Made by a program: the position numbers and the translations under genes. A stretch of 64,000 nucleotides of DNA from Carcharhinus amblyrhynchos (lineage: Eukaryota), in the NCBI GenBank assembly GCA_965287045.1, contig OZ336889.1, positions 44,082,001 through 44,146,000 on the forward strand, given 5' to 3'. This document shows positions 24,985-39,010 of the stretch, one piece after another. The notes beneath the pieces are model-generated. The model saw only the letters and a program-made list of their open reading frames with translations. It did no database searches and had not been told where the DNA came from. Position 1 is the stretch's first letter, and each line of letters opens with the position of its first letter.

Positions 24985-26026
24985 TCCAGCGAGATGGAAG
25001 CTGAAATTTCCACCTTCCGGCTAGTCCATAGTCGGAGAACATCAATTGAATCTCATTGGAAGAGGGCGGAAGGGGTGGGATAGGATAGATTGTTTGGCAA
25101 AGGGGGCTGTTAGCACTGTTGCATCTTACCTGTATTAATAAGGCGGTCAGAACCATGGTAAAATGGAGAAATATTCTAAGAATGAAACTCGATTATGTAG
25201 GAAATTGACTCAGGACGCGCTCTTTTCAAAGAAAAGCCTTTGGCGTCATTCTGTGTTCCAGAATTCCAAGGTTATTAAAGTCCCACAGAGTTTTGGAGTT
25301 TGATTGCGCCTGGTAAAAAGCTAAATTACAAAATCAAAAGTTCATTCCACTTCGAGCACATTAATTCCCGTCCTCGGATTGGTAGCGTTAATGTGATAAT
25401 TGGCTGCAACTCAATCTCGTCTCCAAACTGAGTGAAACCGTTCAGACAAAAAAAATTCTCAATTTTCCATACCCCCCCTACATCCAGAATGCAATGAAAG
25501 TATTTTACCAGCGAGATGGAAGTTGAAATTTCCACGTTCCCGTCAGCTGATAACTTGCGAATTGAATTTCATTGCGAGAGAGCAAAAGGGCGCGATAGGA
25601 TATATTGTTTGGCCAAGGGGCTGTTCGCACTGCTGCATCTTATCTGTATTAATAGGGCGAGCAGAATCATGGTGAAATGGAGAAATATTCTAAGAAATAA
25701 ACACAAATATGTCGGAAATTGACTCAGTGCGCGCTCTTTTCAAAGAATGCGTTTCGCCTCTCAGTTTTCCAAGATTCTAAGAACCCCACCCCCATTGTTT
25801 TTTAGACGGATAGCGCCGGTGAAAAGGCTAAATTGCAAAATCATTCCACTTAGAGCAATAATGCACATTTATCCCCATTCTCGGATTGGTAACATTAATG
25901 TGACAACTTGCTGCAACTCAATCTCGTCTCCAAGCTCAGTGAAGACGTTCGGAGGATAAAAAAGATTTTCAATAATCCATACCACCTCCCTCCCCCGCCC
26001 GCATAATACAATAAAAATACCAGCGA
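24985..26026 (+). repeat. Two-unit tandem duplication in the J-C intron of cluster 2
   Basis: Paralogue of 3693-4727; unit junction near 25509. Confidence 0.8.
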
Positions 26027-27809
26027 TCAGCTAACGATAATAGTCAGCGCTCTTCTATTTTCGGCATAACCGAATAACAAACATCTGTAACTGACATTAC
26101 ATCTACTTCCTTAACATGTGACTGGCTCATTAACTTCCGTCTTGATGAATTGCATCCGCATATCTCGCATCAGGCGTTCAGATTGCTGCGCCTTTTTTTT
26201 GTTCACTCGTTGAACCTTCCTCCTGGTTCTATGATCAGCCTGAGAGGATTTGTATTACTGAAAATTCGCGTACTCCATTGCATTGTGACTTTTTTTCCCC
26301 CGGCGGTATCACGGAGATAAGGATAAGATAGAAAAGGGAAAATGCTCTGTAATTCCGCGAATAATACAGACCTTGGTGTCGACGCATTTTTGCGCAGATT
26401 TATACGAATGGCAATGATTGCTCAATAATCCCATGGGATTTCAGATATTTCTGTATTATGATGCTCAGTTCAATTCTGGAGTATTATAAAACTCCGATAA
26501 GCGGGGTTAAATGCACTTGTCAAATTGCACGATTCAGTCTCCCAGTTATTGTGCCAACAACCTTATATGTCCCAAGGCGAAATTCTCCGGACTGCAATGG
26601 ATTGTATAGAATTGGGGAAAATGCAGTAACGTGTCAACATTTACTTCTTTGCTTTACATTCAATAAAAAAACACCGAGAGTCGGGCATTTGAGCTCGTTC
26701 TTGTACCGCGTGGTGTGAATGGTTAGCCAAACAGGCACCAGGTTGTGACATCCTGTCTTCAACCATATTACCCGGGGTAAAAATTCATTGTTACTATCAT
26801 GGGAATATTTCTTTTTAAGTATAAAAGCAAAGAACTTGCATTAGCATAGCGCCCATCACGACCTCAGGGTATCCGAGCCTGTTTTAGTCAATTGTGTGTC
26901 GTTTGTTTTAATGTCAGCCATGCTTGTAAGAAATGGGGTAGCTTATTTCCGCAGAATAAAGACCCACAAACCTCAATCAGCAGTTAAGCGATTGAAGCCG
27001 TATTTGTTGAGAGGTAAATTATTGGCCAAGTCACATTGGTTGCATTGTTTGTACACTGAGACTGTTGTTCGATTATTATTATATAACGTGGATATACCTG
27101 TTTACATAAGCAGCGTTATTTGTAGGAAACTGTTTTTTAGTTTGTTGAAAAGTTTCCACTTGTGACGCTGTAGCCCAATGATGTCCCAGATAGATTATTC
27201 GGAATGTAATGGAACAGTCTCCTGCAGGATTACACATTATAGTCGGACCAGGATTGGGGCTGTGGGGAAATGACTGTGAGAACTGGGGAGAAACCTGGTG
27301 CAAGCTACGAAGGTGCAAAGCGGCCAAGACAGTGAAGGTAGAGATTCCAGATATTAGCCCAATGTTACATTTCTGTGAAAAGAAGTGCAAACTGGAAAGT
27401 TCTTAATAGTTTGTTGAGCAGTACACTTCTTAGAATCAAATGTTATGTGTTTAATTATCTTTACTCCCAACTTTGTTCCAAGATTTACCCCTAATGCCGA
27501 TCATTAGCTTTGAACACATCAGTGCTATGTTCTGCATTCATTTTCGCGAAGTTTCAATTTCTACTTAAGATATTGCATGTGTTTCTAGTCATGCAGAAAA
27601 ATTAGGGATATCTTAACAGAATATATATTGTTCAAAACTATTCGGGGCGGCGGCTGTGCAGTTAACATTAATGAAGATTCCTTGTGTTAATTTCCCCGCA
27701 GCTTTGTACAGTGACGTGCAATCTTCAAAGATTTCAACAATGCAAAACATTGATTCTGACTCTTTTTGTCATTTAAGAATGGATCTTAATTGTTTTATCC
27801 ACTTTTCAG

Positions 27810-28132
27810 GTCCACGGAGCCCCACTATGTCTCTGCTTCCGCCTTCATCGGATCAAATCACAGCGAAGAACATGGCGACCCTGGTGTGTTTGGTGAGCGG
27901 TTTTAACCCGGGAGCTGCGGAGATTGAATGGACTGTCGATGGCAGCATCAGAGGGAATGGGGTTGAGACCAGTCGGATCCAGCAGGAGGCGGACAACACG
28001 TTCAGTGTGAGCAGTTATCTGACTCTGTCAGCCTCAGAGTGGAACTCACACGAGCTTTACTCCTGTGTGGTCAAACACGAGGCTCTAGCAAACCCACTTC
28101 GAACAAGCATCTCCAGATCCAGCTGTATGTGA
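27810..28132 (+). CDS. IGL: Ig light chain constant exon, cluster 2
   Basis: Acceptor ttttcag|; intact C1-set domain ending SSCM*; differs from C1 protein at only a few residues. Confidence 0.97.
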
Positions 28133-28217
28133 TTCCAAGATCTTGTGCGTCGATTCCTTATTTTAGTAGCAATGTCTGTTTAACAAAATATCAACTGCAG
28201 TAAAGAGGAACATTTTA

Positions 28218-28327
28218 AATAAATCATCACAATCGGCAGTTTATTGACTCGGTCTCGCTGCCTGTATTTAATGCGTTCACCCTGAACTGTTAAAGTGCAA
28301 TGTTGCAAATACTCGCAATGCAATAAA
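28218..28327 (+). terminator. Candidate polyadenylation signals, cluster 2
   Basis: AATAAA at 28218-28223 and 28322-28327. Confidence 0.6.
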
Positions 28328-30702
28328 ATTACTGCCATTAACTCAAACGTTATGATTATTATCAATCTGCTTCCATGGACAAAATTCCTAGCAAATTTCT
28401 AATTGTGAGGAATCGTGAAGTTTGCTTTTGTTGCGTTCTGCATTTATGTAAAGCCAATGGCACCAATCGTATGCGCACATGTGGAAGAACCCTTGCAACA
28501 TAATTTTCAAGGTAGATCTGACTGAATGTTGTAGTGTGTGGATAGCGGTGATCATGATGTGGATGTTTCTGACAATAATTCACAGCGCTTAATGTGAGAG
28601 TTTCTAAATTACCTGGTTACACAATTTTAGGCCACATCGAGTATCCTCTTTCGGATACCGGCACCATGGTGTTATTAAAAATATACAATCATTTGAATTG
28701 ATTGGTAAGATATATTATGAAGCATTTTCTGCTTCCATCAGACTTTTGAACCTTGCATTAAGTTGATCTTTCGCTCCCCCCCAGCTACAACTGTAACACT
28801 ACATTCTGCACTCTCTCGTTTCCTTCTCTGTGAACGATATGCTTTGTCTGTACAGCGCGCCAAGAAACAATACTTTTCCCGGTATACCAATGCATGTGAC
28901 AATAATAAATCAAATGAAATCAAAAAATCAAATCATATCTTCAGGTTCTGTGAGGCCTTTGACCGAAAGCAGCTGAGTTAAGTTGAAGTCAAAATACTGC
29001 GGATGCTGGAAATCTCCAATAAAAGCAGAGTGTGCTTGAAAAACTTAGCTGGTCTGCCAACTTACCTGGAGAGAGAAATATTTAACGTTTCGAGTCCAAT
29101 ATGATTCTTGTTCCAAAGTGATTTTGGGAAGAAGAGTCATATGGAGTTGTACCGTGAACTTTGTTTCTCTCTCATAGATGCTGACAGACCTGCTGAATTG
29201 TTCGAGCCCTTTCAGTTTTTACTTGAACTCAGAGAAGAATCGTCCTTTTTAAAATTCACACAAATCGCAAATCAATATTTCCCTTCAGTGCATAGTTTTT
29301 TTTGTGTAGATTGACTTCAGACTGCCATAAATATATTGGTGCAAGTAAAATTGCAAGCTGCAAAGACCAGCAAAAACACAAACTATAAACAATGTCGGTG
29401 ATGGTTTTCAATTATGAAACGCAATCATTCTCTGCCCAAAGTTAATGAAGGAACCGGCAGTACCAAAGGAAACGTGCTTAAAAGTGACTTGCAGTTTCCT
29501 GAAGGCAACTATTTCAAGTTTGTTGCACCGACAATAAATAAGGCACGCCAAAAAGATAGTGTTTTGATATATTGAACCTACATTATTTCAAACTGAAGAT
29601 ATTAGGCCAATCAATATTAATTTTAGAATACACAAGTAAATTAAACTTCTTATAATTCTTTTTAAACACATGGCATTGAAATTTGGAAGAAGAGCAAACT
29701 TCCGTTGCGTAATAGAATTACTGCATGTACTTTGCAGCAGTAGAATATGAAACAATAGATTGAAAGGTGTGCCTTCAATAACAGGCAAGCAGGGTGCTGG
29801 TAAAGATAGCAAGAGATCTAACTCATGATAATTAAAATACATTGCATTTTTAGTTTACCTTTTATAAGTATATAACCTTAGCCGTATTATATTACTTTTT
29901 AGTATTTACATTTAGAAACAAACAAGATAAGGCTGAACCATTCTTATGTTCGTGCCTATGGTAAGAACAGTTACAGACATACATGAATATTTGGAGTGAA
30001 AGACACTTAAGTAAGATTATCCTGTATTATAATTAAGAAGCTATGAATTAATTGGCAGAATTGCCTTCGAAACTTAAACAATTTAATAATAGTTATTTTG
30101 ATGAAGAAAATTTGCGTTTGATCTGAAATGACGGAATGGAACTGGAGATGTCCACTTGATGCATTAATTAATGGACTGGGCGAACAGAATAGCTCAGAAA
30201 TATCAATGCTGCGGGGCCGACTGTTCCAGAGTTGTGGAGACATCCAATTGCTGTACCTCAAGCACCCCACGCCCTCCACCAACCTCCCCCCACTCCCCCG
30301 TCACACCCCGGCCATCTCCCGGCGCCGCTCAGCATCCACTCTCCTCCGCTATTCTTCAGAGATCTGTCAGTAAAACGCCTTGTTGCCTGATTTTAAGTAG
30401 GTTATTGCGTTTAAAGTTAACGACCTTTGTCTTAAATTGGTTTAAGTGAGGAAAAATACTTTGCGAGATAGAAAGCGACCCGCATCACTGACAGACACTG
30501 CGTTAGAACAGCTCCGCCTAGGACAACAGCGCCACGCTACATTGCCGTTTACATGTTGTGGTAGAATAAGCAGAAACCACCGGACAACTTAAGTATCACG
30601 ATCAGAAAAACATGAATTTGTTTAAATGAAATTCATTTGATCGGAAAGACAGTTTGGGCCATATGTTCAAAAGAGGTGATTGTGGGGATAGCAGTTTCAT
30701 TG

Positions 30703-31025
30703 AATCATAGAATAAAATCATAACTTCATAGAATCCTTACAGTGCTCAAACAGGTCGTTCGGCCCATCTCGTCTGCACCGACTCTCTGACAGAGCATCTC
30801 ACCCAGGCTCAAAGCCCCTAATACCCCTAACCTACACATCTTGGGGCATTAAAAGGCAATGTTAGCATGGCCGATCCAGCTAACTGCACATCTTTGGACT
30901 GTGGGATGAACCCCACATAGACACGGGGAGAACGTGCACATTCCACCCAGCCAGTCACGCAAGGCTGGAATCGAATCCCGGTCCTGGGCAACGTGAGGCT
31001 GCAATGCTAGGCACCACATCGCCCT
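30703..31025 (-). mobile_element. V-SINE (HE1-like), paralogue of 9390-9722
   Basis: Same position within the duplication. Confidence 0.75.
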
Positions 31026-32519
31026 GATTGGGATTACAAAATTCGATAAATTCCGGAGCAGTACATGCAGATTTTAAGTTATCAAATATAACCTCACTAT
31101 TTAAGAAAGGAGAGAGAAGAAAAAGTGTAACCACAGACTTATTAGCCTGACCCCAGTAGTAGAGGTATAATTTGATGACGTGCATTTCGTAAAGAATGGT
31201 CGAATTGTGCAGCGCCAACATGGATTTAGAAAGGGAAGAATGTTTGAAAAACCTTTTTTTTTGACGTTATAAATTGCAGAATAGGTAACGGGAAGTTGTT
31301 GGTTGTGGTGTATTTGGATTTTGAAAGACTTTTTGTATGAGGTCCCACTCAGAAGTTTAGTAAATACAAAAAGGCATACTGGATTTGTCTGTAATATTAT
31401 GGCATGGATTGGGAAGTGGTTATCAGACTCCAAAAAACTATAGGAATAGATGGCTCACCTTCAGGTTGACATATTGTGATTAGTGGGTTGCCAGAAGGAG
31501 CAGTAGTTGTGTCCCAGGTTTTTACAATCAATATCCATGGCTTGGATTTGGGAACAAAATGTAATATTTCCATGTTTGCTTTAGTTGAGAATGTGAGTTG
31601 TGAGGAGGATGCAAAGAGACTCAAAAACCAGCCAAGAATATGGTAGATGAAATATATTGTGGAAATACTGAAGTTATTCACTTTGGTAGCAAAACCAGAT
31701 TGAGTGTATTTCTTAAATAGTGAGAGATTGGGAAGAATTGATGTCCAAAGGGACCTGGATGTCCTTGGTCATAAGTCAGTGGAAGCTAACATTCAGTTGA
31801 AACATGCAATTCGGAAGGCAAATGGCATGTTGGCCATAGCTGCAAGGGGATTTGAGAGTTCGTTTAAAATGTCTTGTACGATTGTATGGAGGCTTGGCGA
31901 GACTGCTCGTGACTAATGTATACAGTTTTGGTCTCCTTCGAGAAGGGAGGGTAGATTTGCCGTAGACAGTGTGCAACAATGTTTCATCATACTGATTCCT
32001 GAGATGGCAGCATTGTCCTAGGGGAACCAAATGAGGAACCTCGATCTGCATCTTTTAGAATTTAGAGAATGAGAGGTGATCTCATAGGAGTCCGCCAAAT
32101 TCATACAGTACTTGACAGGATAGATGAAGGAAGGATGCTGGCCCTGGCTGAAGGAAAGGCGGAGGACACTTTTGTAGACGGGAGACAGTTTCAGAATTTT
32201 CCTTTATTTTTGATGATCACTCGCTAGCAAGTATGATCGTCCACTGAAGAAACACCACGTCAATGGTCATGAGTACTGTGGCTCCTTGCATGTTTAACGA
32301 ACACAATCCTAGAGTTACTTCTCCGACCCCACATCTGCAGGTACCTCTGGGAGGTGGCATTGCTCCTTGGGCTCGAAATGACTGGCATTCCCTTCTCAGG
32401 TTCCTTTTCTGGATCTCCTCTTGCTGTCGAGTGTTCTCAAGACTCCTTCAGGTTGGTCTCTTTTGAACAAGGGTCTCGCGGGCATTTACATCTGCGCTCT
32501 ATTTCCATCCCTGTTACAT

Positions 32520-33105
32520 ACGGGATGTTACGTGCGAGGAGGCGATAGCCTAGCAGTATTATCGCTAGACTATTAATCCAGAAACTCAGTTAATGTTCTG
32601 GGGACTTGGGTTCAAATCCCACCACAGCAGATGGTGGAGTTTGAATTCAATAAAAAATATCTGGAATTAAGAATCTACTGATGACTATGAAATGATTGTC
32701 GATTGTCGGAAAAACCCATCTGGTTCACTAACGTCCTTTAGGGAAGGAAAACCGTCGTCCTTACCCGGTCTGGCCTACGTGTGACTCAAGAGCCACAGCA
32801 ATGTGGGGTGGCACGGTAGCACAGTGGTTAGCACTGCTGCTTCACAGCTCCAGCGACCTGGGTTCGACTCCCGGCTTGGGTCACTGTCTGTTTGGAGTTT
32901 TCACATTCTTCTCATGTCTGTGTGGGTTTCATCTGGATACTCCGGTTTCCTCCCACAGTCCGAAGATGTGGGGGTTAGTTGATTGGCCATGGTATAATTG
33001 CCCTTAGTGTCCTGAGATGTGGGATTAGTGGGTGGATATGGGGGTAGGACCCGGGTGGGATTGTGGTCGGCCTCTTCCTGTGCTGTCAGGTTTCTATGTT
33101 TCTAT
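32520..33105 (+). mobile_element. Composite of two SINEs (second family 32530-32806, then HE1-like V-SINE 32805-33105), present only in unit B
   Basis: Two tRNA-like heads with B-box motifs (ggttcaaatccc; ggttcgactccc); absent at the matching site (~11228-11270) of unit A. Confidence 0.8.
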
Positions 33106-33992
33106 TTTGTCTTCGTTTTGTTCAAGTGCCTTCCTTGGGCTCGGTGGAGTAAGTTTACTTTGGCTGTCAGGACTCTGGCCTGTTAAACACATGCTCTCTG
33201 AGTGGAGTTGGCTTCAGATGATCATGGCCTCGATGCTGCTGCTCTTGACTCTTCCAAGGACGCTGATGTTAGCATGCCTGCCCTCCTGGTTGATATGGAG
33301 CATTCATCTCAGACAGCATTGATGGCACCATTCCAGGGTCCTGCGGCGGCATCTTTACGTAGTCCAGAGTTGGGAGGATGACTGCCTTGTACATGAGGAT
33401 CATAGTATCAGCATCGATGTCACGGACATCAATCTCTGTCATCATTAAGTGTCTGAAGGCGGTGCTCACAGATGGAATACCATGTTGGGCTTCTATGTTA
33501 ATGGCAACCTTAGGTGAGAGGTTTGTCCCCACATAGGGGGAAATGTTTCACATTTGGGAGAGTGTCTCCATTGATCCTGATGGAGGGTAAGATTACATTT
33601 TATTTTGGAGTGGGTCGGTAAAGAACTTAAGTCTTCCTGAGGTTGAAACTGAGATTAGTTCTTCGATACACTTCCAGGAAGGTATCAAACATGGCTTGGA
33701 GATTCTCCTTCAAACACAAAGACGCATGCACACTTGCAAAAATGAGTTCTAACAATAACGCTTGTATTTGCATTATGAATAGAATAATAAAGAAACAAAT
33801 TACGCCGTTATTAATCCTTGAGAAAAAAAATGCAGGCCTGAATGTTTCATCTCCTGCTTCTTTATAGATGATTGGAGGTTGGTCATTTCTTGGTTTCAAT
33901 CCAGATTGTGGCCGGGCTTCTGTAGAAACAAAGCAAATCAACCCCTCTGCTCACTGTTTAAACTAATGGCCTGTTTTGTCAGGGTCGCCTTC

Positions 33993-35366
33993 AAAGAACA
34001 AAGAACAAAGAACAACACAGCACGGGAAACAGGCCCTTCGGCCCAACGAGCCCGCGCCGCCGTCCCACTGTCTCAGTGACCTATTCATGATTTTAGTCTA
34101 CGCCTAATGTGCGAGGATCAGGGAGGTCCAATATAGGGACAATTTGTTACCCAATCAATCAGCCTAAAAGCACATCTTTGGGATGTGGGAGGAAACCGGA
34201 GCACCCGGAGGAAACCCACGCAGCCACGGGGAGAACGTGCAAACTCCCACAGACACAGGCCCAAATCCATGTGTCCGCACAGCAACAGAGATAGTCTCAG
34301 AGCTGTCATGTTGCCCTCGAGATGGTCCAGTTTAAGCACACTAACGACATGAAGCAATAGGCAACTCCCGAAGCAACGTCCAAGAGCAGCCCACTACAAC
34401 CTGCCGCATGCATGCCCCTTGCTGGTCAACAAGGTGGACTTAAATGCCTGTGGAGACAAAAAATTCATTATTAAACAGGCAAAGACTGTAACATCCCTAA
34501 GGCAAAAACGTAATCCCAAGCCTACAATGTTTAGTAAGGCCTGCTATATCCCCCTATATGTAGCCCGCTCATGTGGCTGTCCAAGTGACTCTTAAACAAC
34601 CCTAGCGTGCCTGCTTCCACCACCTTACTCGGCAGTGCATTCCACACCCCCACTACCCTTTGCGTGAAAAACTGCCCTCTAATATTTGTCTTATACCTAG
34701 CCCCCCTCACCCTAAGCCCGTGACCCCTCGTTCTATCCATTTCTAATAGCGGAAAAAGCTTACCACCATTTACTCTATCTATCCCCTTCATAATCTTATA
34801 AACCTCTATTAGATCCCCCCTCAGCCGACGTCTCTCAAGGGAAAACAGCCCAAGTTCGTTCAATCTTTCCTCGTAAGACAGCCCTTCCATACCAGGCAGC
34901 ATCCTGGTAAATCTCCTCTGCACTCTCTCCAGGATCTCTACATCCTTCCGGTAGTACGGCGACCAGAACTGGACGCAGTACTCCAAGTGAGGCCTAACCA
35001 ATGTTCTATACAACTGCAACATCAGACTCCTACTCTTATATTCTATACCCCTTCCTATGAAGGCTAACATACCATACGCTTTCCTCATCACATTCTGCAC
35101 CTGCACCGACACCTTCAGGGACTTGTGCACTTGCACCCCCAGGTCTCTCTGCGTATCTATACTCCGGATAGTTCTACCTTTTATCGTATAACTCCCCTCC
35201 ACATTATTCCGGCCAAAGTGCATCACCTCGCATTTCTCCGGATTAAATTCCATTTGCCATCTATCTGCCCAATCTACCAGTCTGTCTATGTCCTGTTGCA
35301 TTGCCAGGCACTGCTCCTCAGTACCCGCCAATCCAACCATCTTAGTGTCATCAGCAAATTTGCTGA
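33993..35366 (-). mobile_element. Young 5'-truncated CR1 LINE: uninterrupted RT C-terminal ORF (to stop at 34531) plus ~540-nt 3' UTR containing a V-SINE core
   Basis: 279-aa open frame (SKFADDTK...LVRPHLEYCVQFWSP...RRLRGDLIEVYK); (ttctttg)n tail; flanking tcgccttc and tcaccttc as candidate TSD. Confidence 0.9.
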
Positions 35367-35899
35367 TCACCTTCCTCTTGCTTGGGCTTGTGAGGCTCCC
35401 ACTGTCCTGAGTTCTTTTGGGCTGAGTTGCTTAGGCCTCGACTTTGAACAATAATATTTGTTATCGCAAACCAGTTTGGAACGTACAACAATAGAATCAA
35501 AATTGATATTATCATTATTATATTGTTCACACAAATTAACCGATGACATGAGGAATGATTCGTTTTATTCACATCAGCTTGCGCTCAAAACGCTTTCTCT
35601 ACATCTGTCCTTATTAGTTTTTAAATTTGCAGGCATCGAGCCTAGGGTGGCCATTGTATTCCAGTTTCTGTAAACCTCCAGGTAACAGGAGCAGTAAATT
35701 CCACCAGAGACCTTTTTCCATCCGAATGTCTTTCAATGGACTGTCCTCCATATGTACATTTAAACTTTATTTTTCCTCCCAGAGACATGACTGACCTTTT
35801 AAAATCATAAGAACATAAGAACTACGAGCAGGAGTAGGCCATCTGATCCCTTGAGCCTGCTCCACCATTCAGTAACATCATGAGATTTATTCAGACCAA

Positions 35900-36420
35900 T
35901 GCTCAAATTTAAATCCACGCTATTCCAGCAATTCATGGGTAACTTGGACGTGACCCAGTTGAAATTTTCGGCATATCACCCACAATGTCAGCCGGCATTA
36001 GGCCGGTACTACCAGGTCGCAAAAACAAACTTCAGGGCATATTGCTACGGATGCCATCATGCTTGGGATAAAGGATTATGATTTCTTCAGTTCGCCATTA
36101 GCGATAATCCCAATGGCTCCACTTGATGTAGTTTACGGTAACCAAGTGTGAGGGTCTCTGAAACTAATCAAGAAAAGGTGGTTAGAACATATGATGGAAG
36201 TCACCACATGAGGTAGATAGCCATGCTGCAGGAGCGAACCAAGAGATCCTGCGATTTGGCCCGTGAACACTCGAAAATCCCCCAGATAGCTTTGATAAAA
36301 CAAGCAGACATACACAGCAGGGCCTGAAACTTTCAGTCAGGTTAACCCTTAAAAGCCCAGTTCGATGGCCCGTCCATGTTCGGAAAATAGATTATGTAAC
36401 CGAGATGCAAGATCAGTTGA
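35900..36420 (+). mobile_element. Gypsy-type LTR retrotransposon integrase remnant
   Basis: Peptide FQQFMGNLDVTQLKFSAYHPQCQPALGRYYQVAKT...RAYC...WDKG matches the integrase S/T-AYHPQ-x-x-G-x-x-ER motif region. Confidence 0.7.
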
Positions 36421-37034
36421 GAAAGCAAACGCTGTGATAAAACAATATGACATCTGAGAAGGCAATCAGCAGGCAATGGTCTGTCCCAATGCTACCGAAC
36501 GCGAGGATAAGGAGCAATGAGGATGAATTGGAGCGTGACGTGAGGGGCAGTTGAATCCTATAATACACTGTCAACCAATAGTTATATACTGGCGAAGTTA
36601 GACTCCTCTTTCACCCGTCCACTTGCAGAGCAGGGAATAGATTTGACAAATACGTTCACTGTGTTTAATGACTTATGTAGAGAAAAGTCATGTTGCACCA
36701 CCCTACCAGCAAGGTGACCAACTGTTAAAAATTATAAGCTTTAAACCACGACTGGTTAGGACGAATCGGAGGATGACGTCGGTGAGGCCCACATTGAATC
36801 CCCTCCTATGATGCCAACCAATAGAGAGATACTGGCGAAGTTAGGCTCCTCATCTACGTACGGAGCAGGGAGCAGACATGACAAGGCCGTTCATTGTATT
36901 TAAAGACACATGGAGAGGAAAGTCATGTGGTACCACCCTACTCTATGAGTGTGAGAGAGACCCCTCCCAAAAGTGAAGCAAGATCTCTATGATCTGGGCC
37001 CAGAAGGGCTGGCCCAGCTTCGGGACGAGATTAA

Positions 37035-39010
37035 ATCAGTTAACCGATTCTCATCTCTTTCGAGAGTCGAGAGAATCGCTACAGTGCAGAAGAAGGCCAT
37101 TCGACCCGTCGAGTCAGTACCAACCACAATCCCAGCAAGGCCCCATATCCGTAATCCCTATTATTTACCCTGCTAATCCCCCAGACCCTAGGGTCAATTT
37201 AGCATTGCAATCAATCTATGCTACACATCTTTGGGCAGTGGGAGGGAAATGGAGAACCTGGAGGAAATCCACTTAGACACGGAGAGAATATGCAAACTCC
37301 ACATAGTAACCCGAAGCCGGTGTTGAACCCGGCTCCCTGGCACTGTGAGACAGCAGTTCTAACCACTGTGTCACCTTTAAAATTTGGAAATGTTTCTGCC
37401 CGGTTTCTAGGCTCTGGCTCAAACAAACAAGATCCGTGCGGGCGGGGGCTGGGGTGAGGAATTTTCGGACAAGTCACTGCCCCCAGAAACGAAATGTTGG
37501 CGTGAAGCCAAGCTACGTTTAGCAGCGCTTATTTCCGAGGGTCAACTTTATCTTCAGTCCTCCATTCGGGCGGAAGTCTCACCCTCTGGACCTGCCGCTC
37601 AGTGCGACTGGCTGGCAGCGCCATTAGTTCAGTGGACGTGAGTGGCAGCTGGCGGCACTGTGGCCAAATAGTGAAGCTGAAGACCTCGTTCCAGGAGCAG
37701 CTGTGTCGGAGGTCTTGGGTCGGGGGGCAACGGCCTGTGTAAGAGGGGAGGAAATGTGGAGGTAGTATAAGGTAAGAGGTGGGGCTACCCTGTAAGTGAC
37801 GAAGGGCAGCCCCCGAAGAGCGACCCGTTCCCTTCCTATCGGCTTTAACCATTACAAACAGGGCTTCCCTCTTTCGCCCAGCTACCCATGACAAGCGTAT
37901 GACGGCGTGGACAATTTATTATTATCGTCAAGGGGCCTGATAACAAGCCGAATTGAACCTTAGATTGTCATTGTAAAATGGCCAGTGGTCTGCCGATTCT
38001 GGCACCCGCCCGCTCCTCCCCTTATGGCGGCGAGATCGGAGTGGGCGGAAAACTGGTGGGATGGGCGTTGCCGCCACTGGATATACTCCCCGCACCCCCT
38101 CACCCCCGCTCCGCGGTCCATCAATGACTATTTCGGTGTTACTTAATGACCTTGTCTGGACTCGGAAAATAAGTCAACATCTCTTCCAAGTTCACCTCCG
38201 CTATCACTTATACGTGGTCCATCTCTGACACTTCGCCTTACTTCCTTGACCTCCTTGTCTCTGAATTTGGAGATAGACTCTCCATCAATATCCATTAAAA
38301 GCCCAGCCACCAAAGACTACCTTGACTACAGCTCTTCACACCCCACATCCTGTAAAGACTCCATTCCATTCCTTCCACCATGTCTGTTCTGATGATGTCA
38401 CTCTCCAAAAAGGTGCTGTTGATATGTCTTCCGACTTTTCAAATCGTGGTTTTTCTCCCACGGTGGTTGACGGGGCATTCAACTGTGTCTGACCCATCTG
38501 TGGACCACTGCTCTCCCCTCCAGGCTCCCCATTGCCCTCACTTTCACTCCACCAGCCTCTAAATTGGAAGAATAATCCTCCGTCATTTCAGCTAACTCCA
38601 ACATAATGCCACCAGTCAACATCCTCTCACTACTCCTGACAACATTTCGCAGGTGCCATTCCTTCCGGGACACCCTGGTGCACTCCTCCATCACAACCAA
38701 TACTCGTGCACCATCAATGACTTCTCCCTGTGCAATCGTAGAAGGTGCAACACCTGCATCTTTACTTCCTTCCTGGTCACTATCCCAGGGCCCAAGCACT
38801 CTTTTCTGATGAAGAAGCGCTTCACATGCACCTCCTTTGATCTGGTCTATTGCATGCACTGCTCCCAATGCGATCTATTCTACATCGTAGAGACCAAACA
38901 CAGATACTTTGCTCTGCATCTATCAACTCGAAAACGATGATTTTATCACCGTCATCTAATACTACACTAGTAGATGCACCTCATGTACCTGGTGCATCAT
39001 GGAACGTGTT
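37035..39010 (+). repeat. Older direct duplication, copy A (SINE + GC-rich unknown repeat + Penelope-like fragment)
   Basis: Colinear with 48685-50552, then with 53983-54088. Confidence 0.85.
38150..38900 (+). mobile_element. Penelope-like element fragment (RT C-terminus + GIY-YIG endonuclease)
   Basis: DYLDYSSSHPTSCKDSIP and FTCTSFDLVYCMHCSQCDLFYIVETK motifs. Confidence 0.8.

Larger units (their letters stand above)
21281..33711 (+). repeat. Segmental duplication unit B (contains IgL cluster 2)
   Basis: Colinear with 1-11882; carries an extra insertion at ~32520-33105. Confidence 0.92.
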
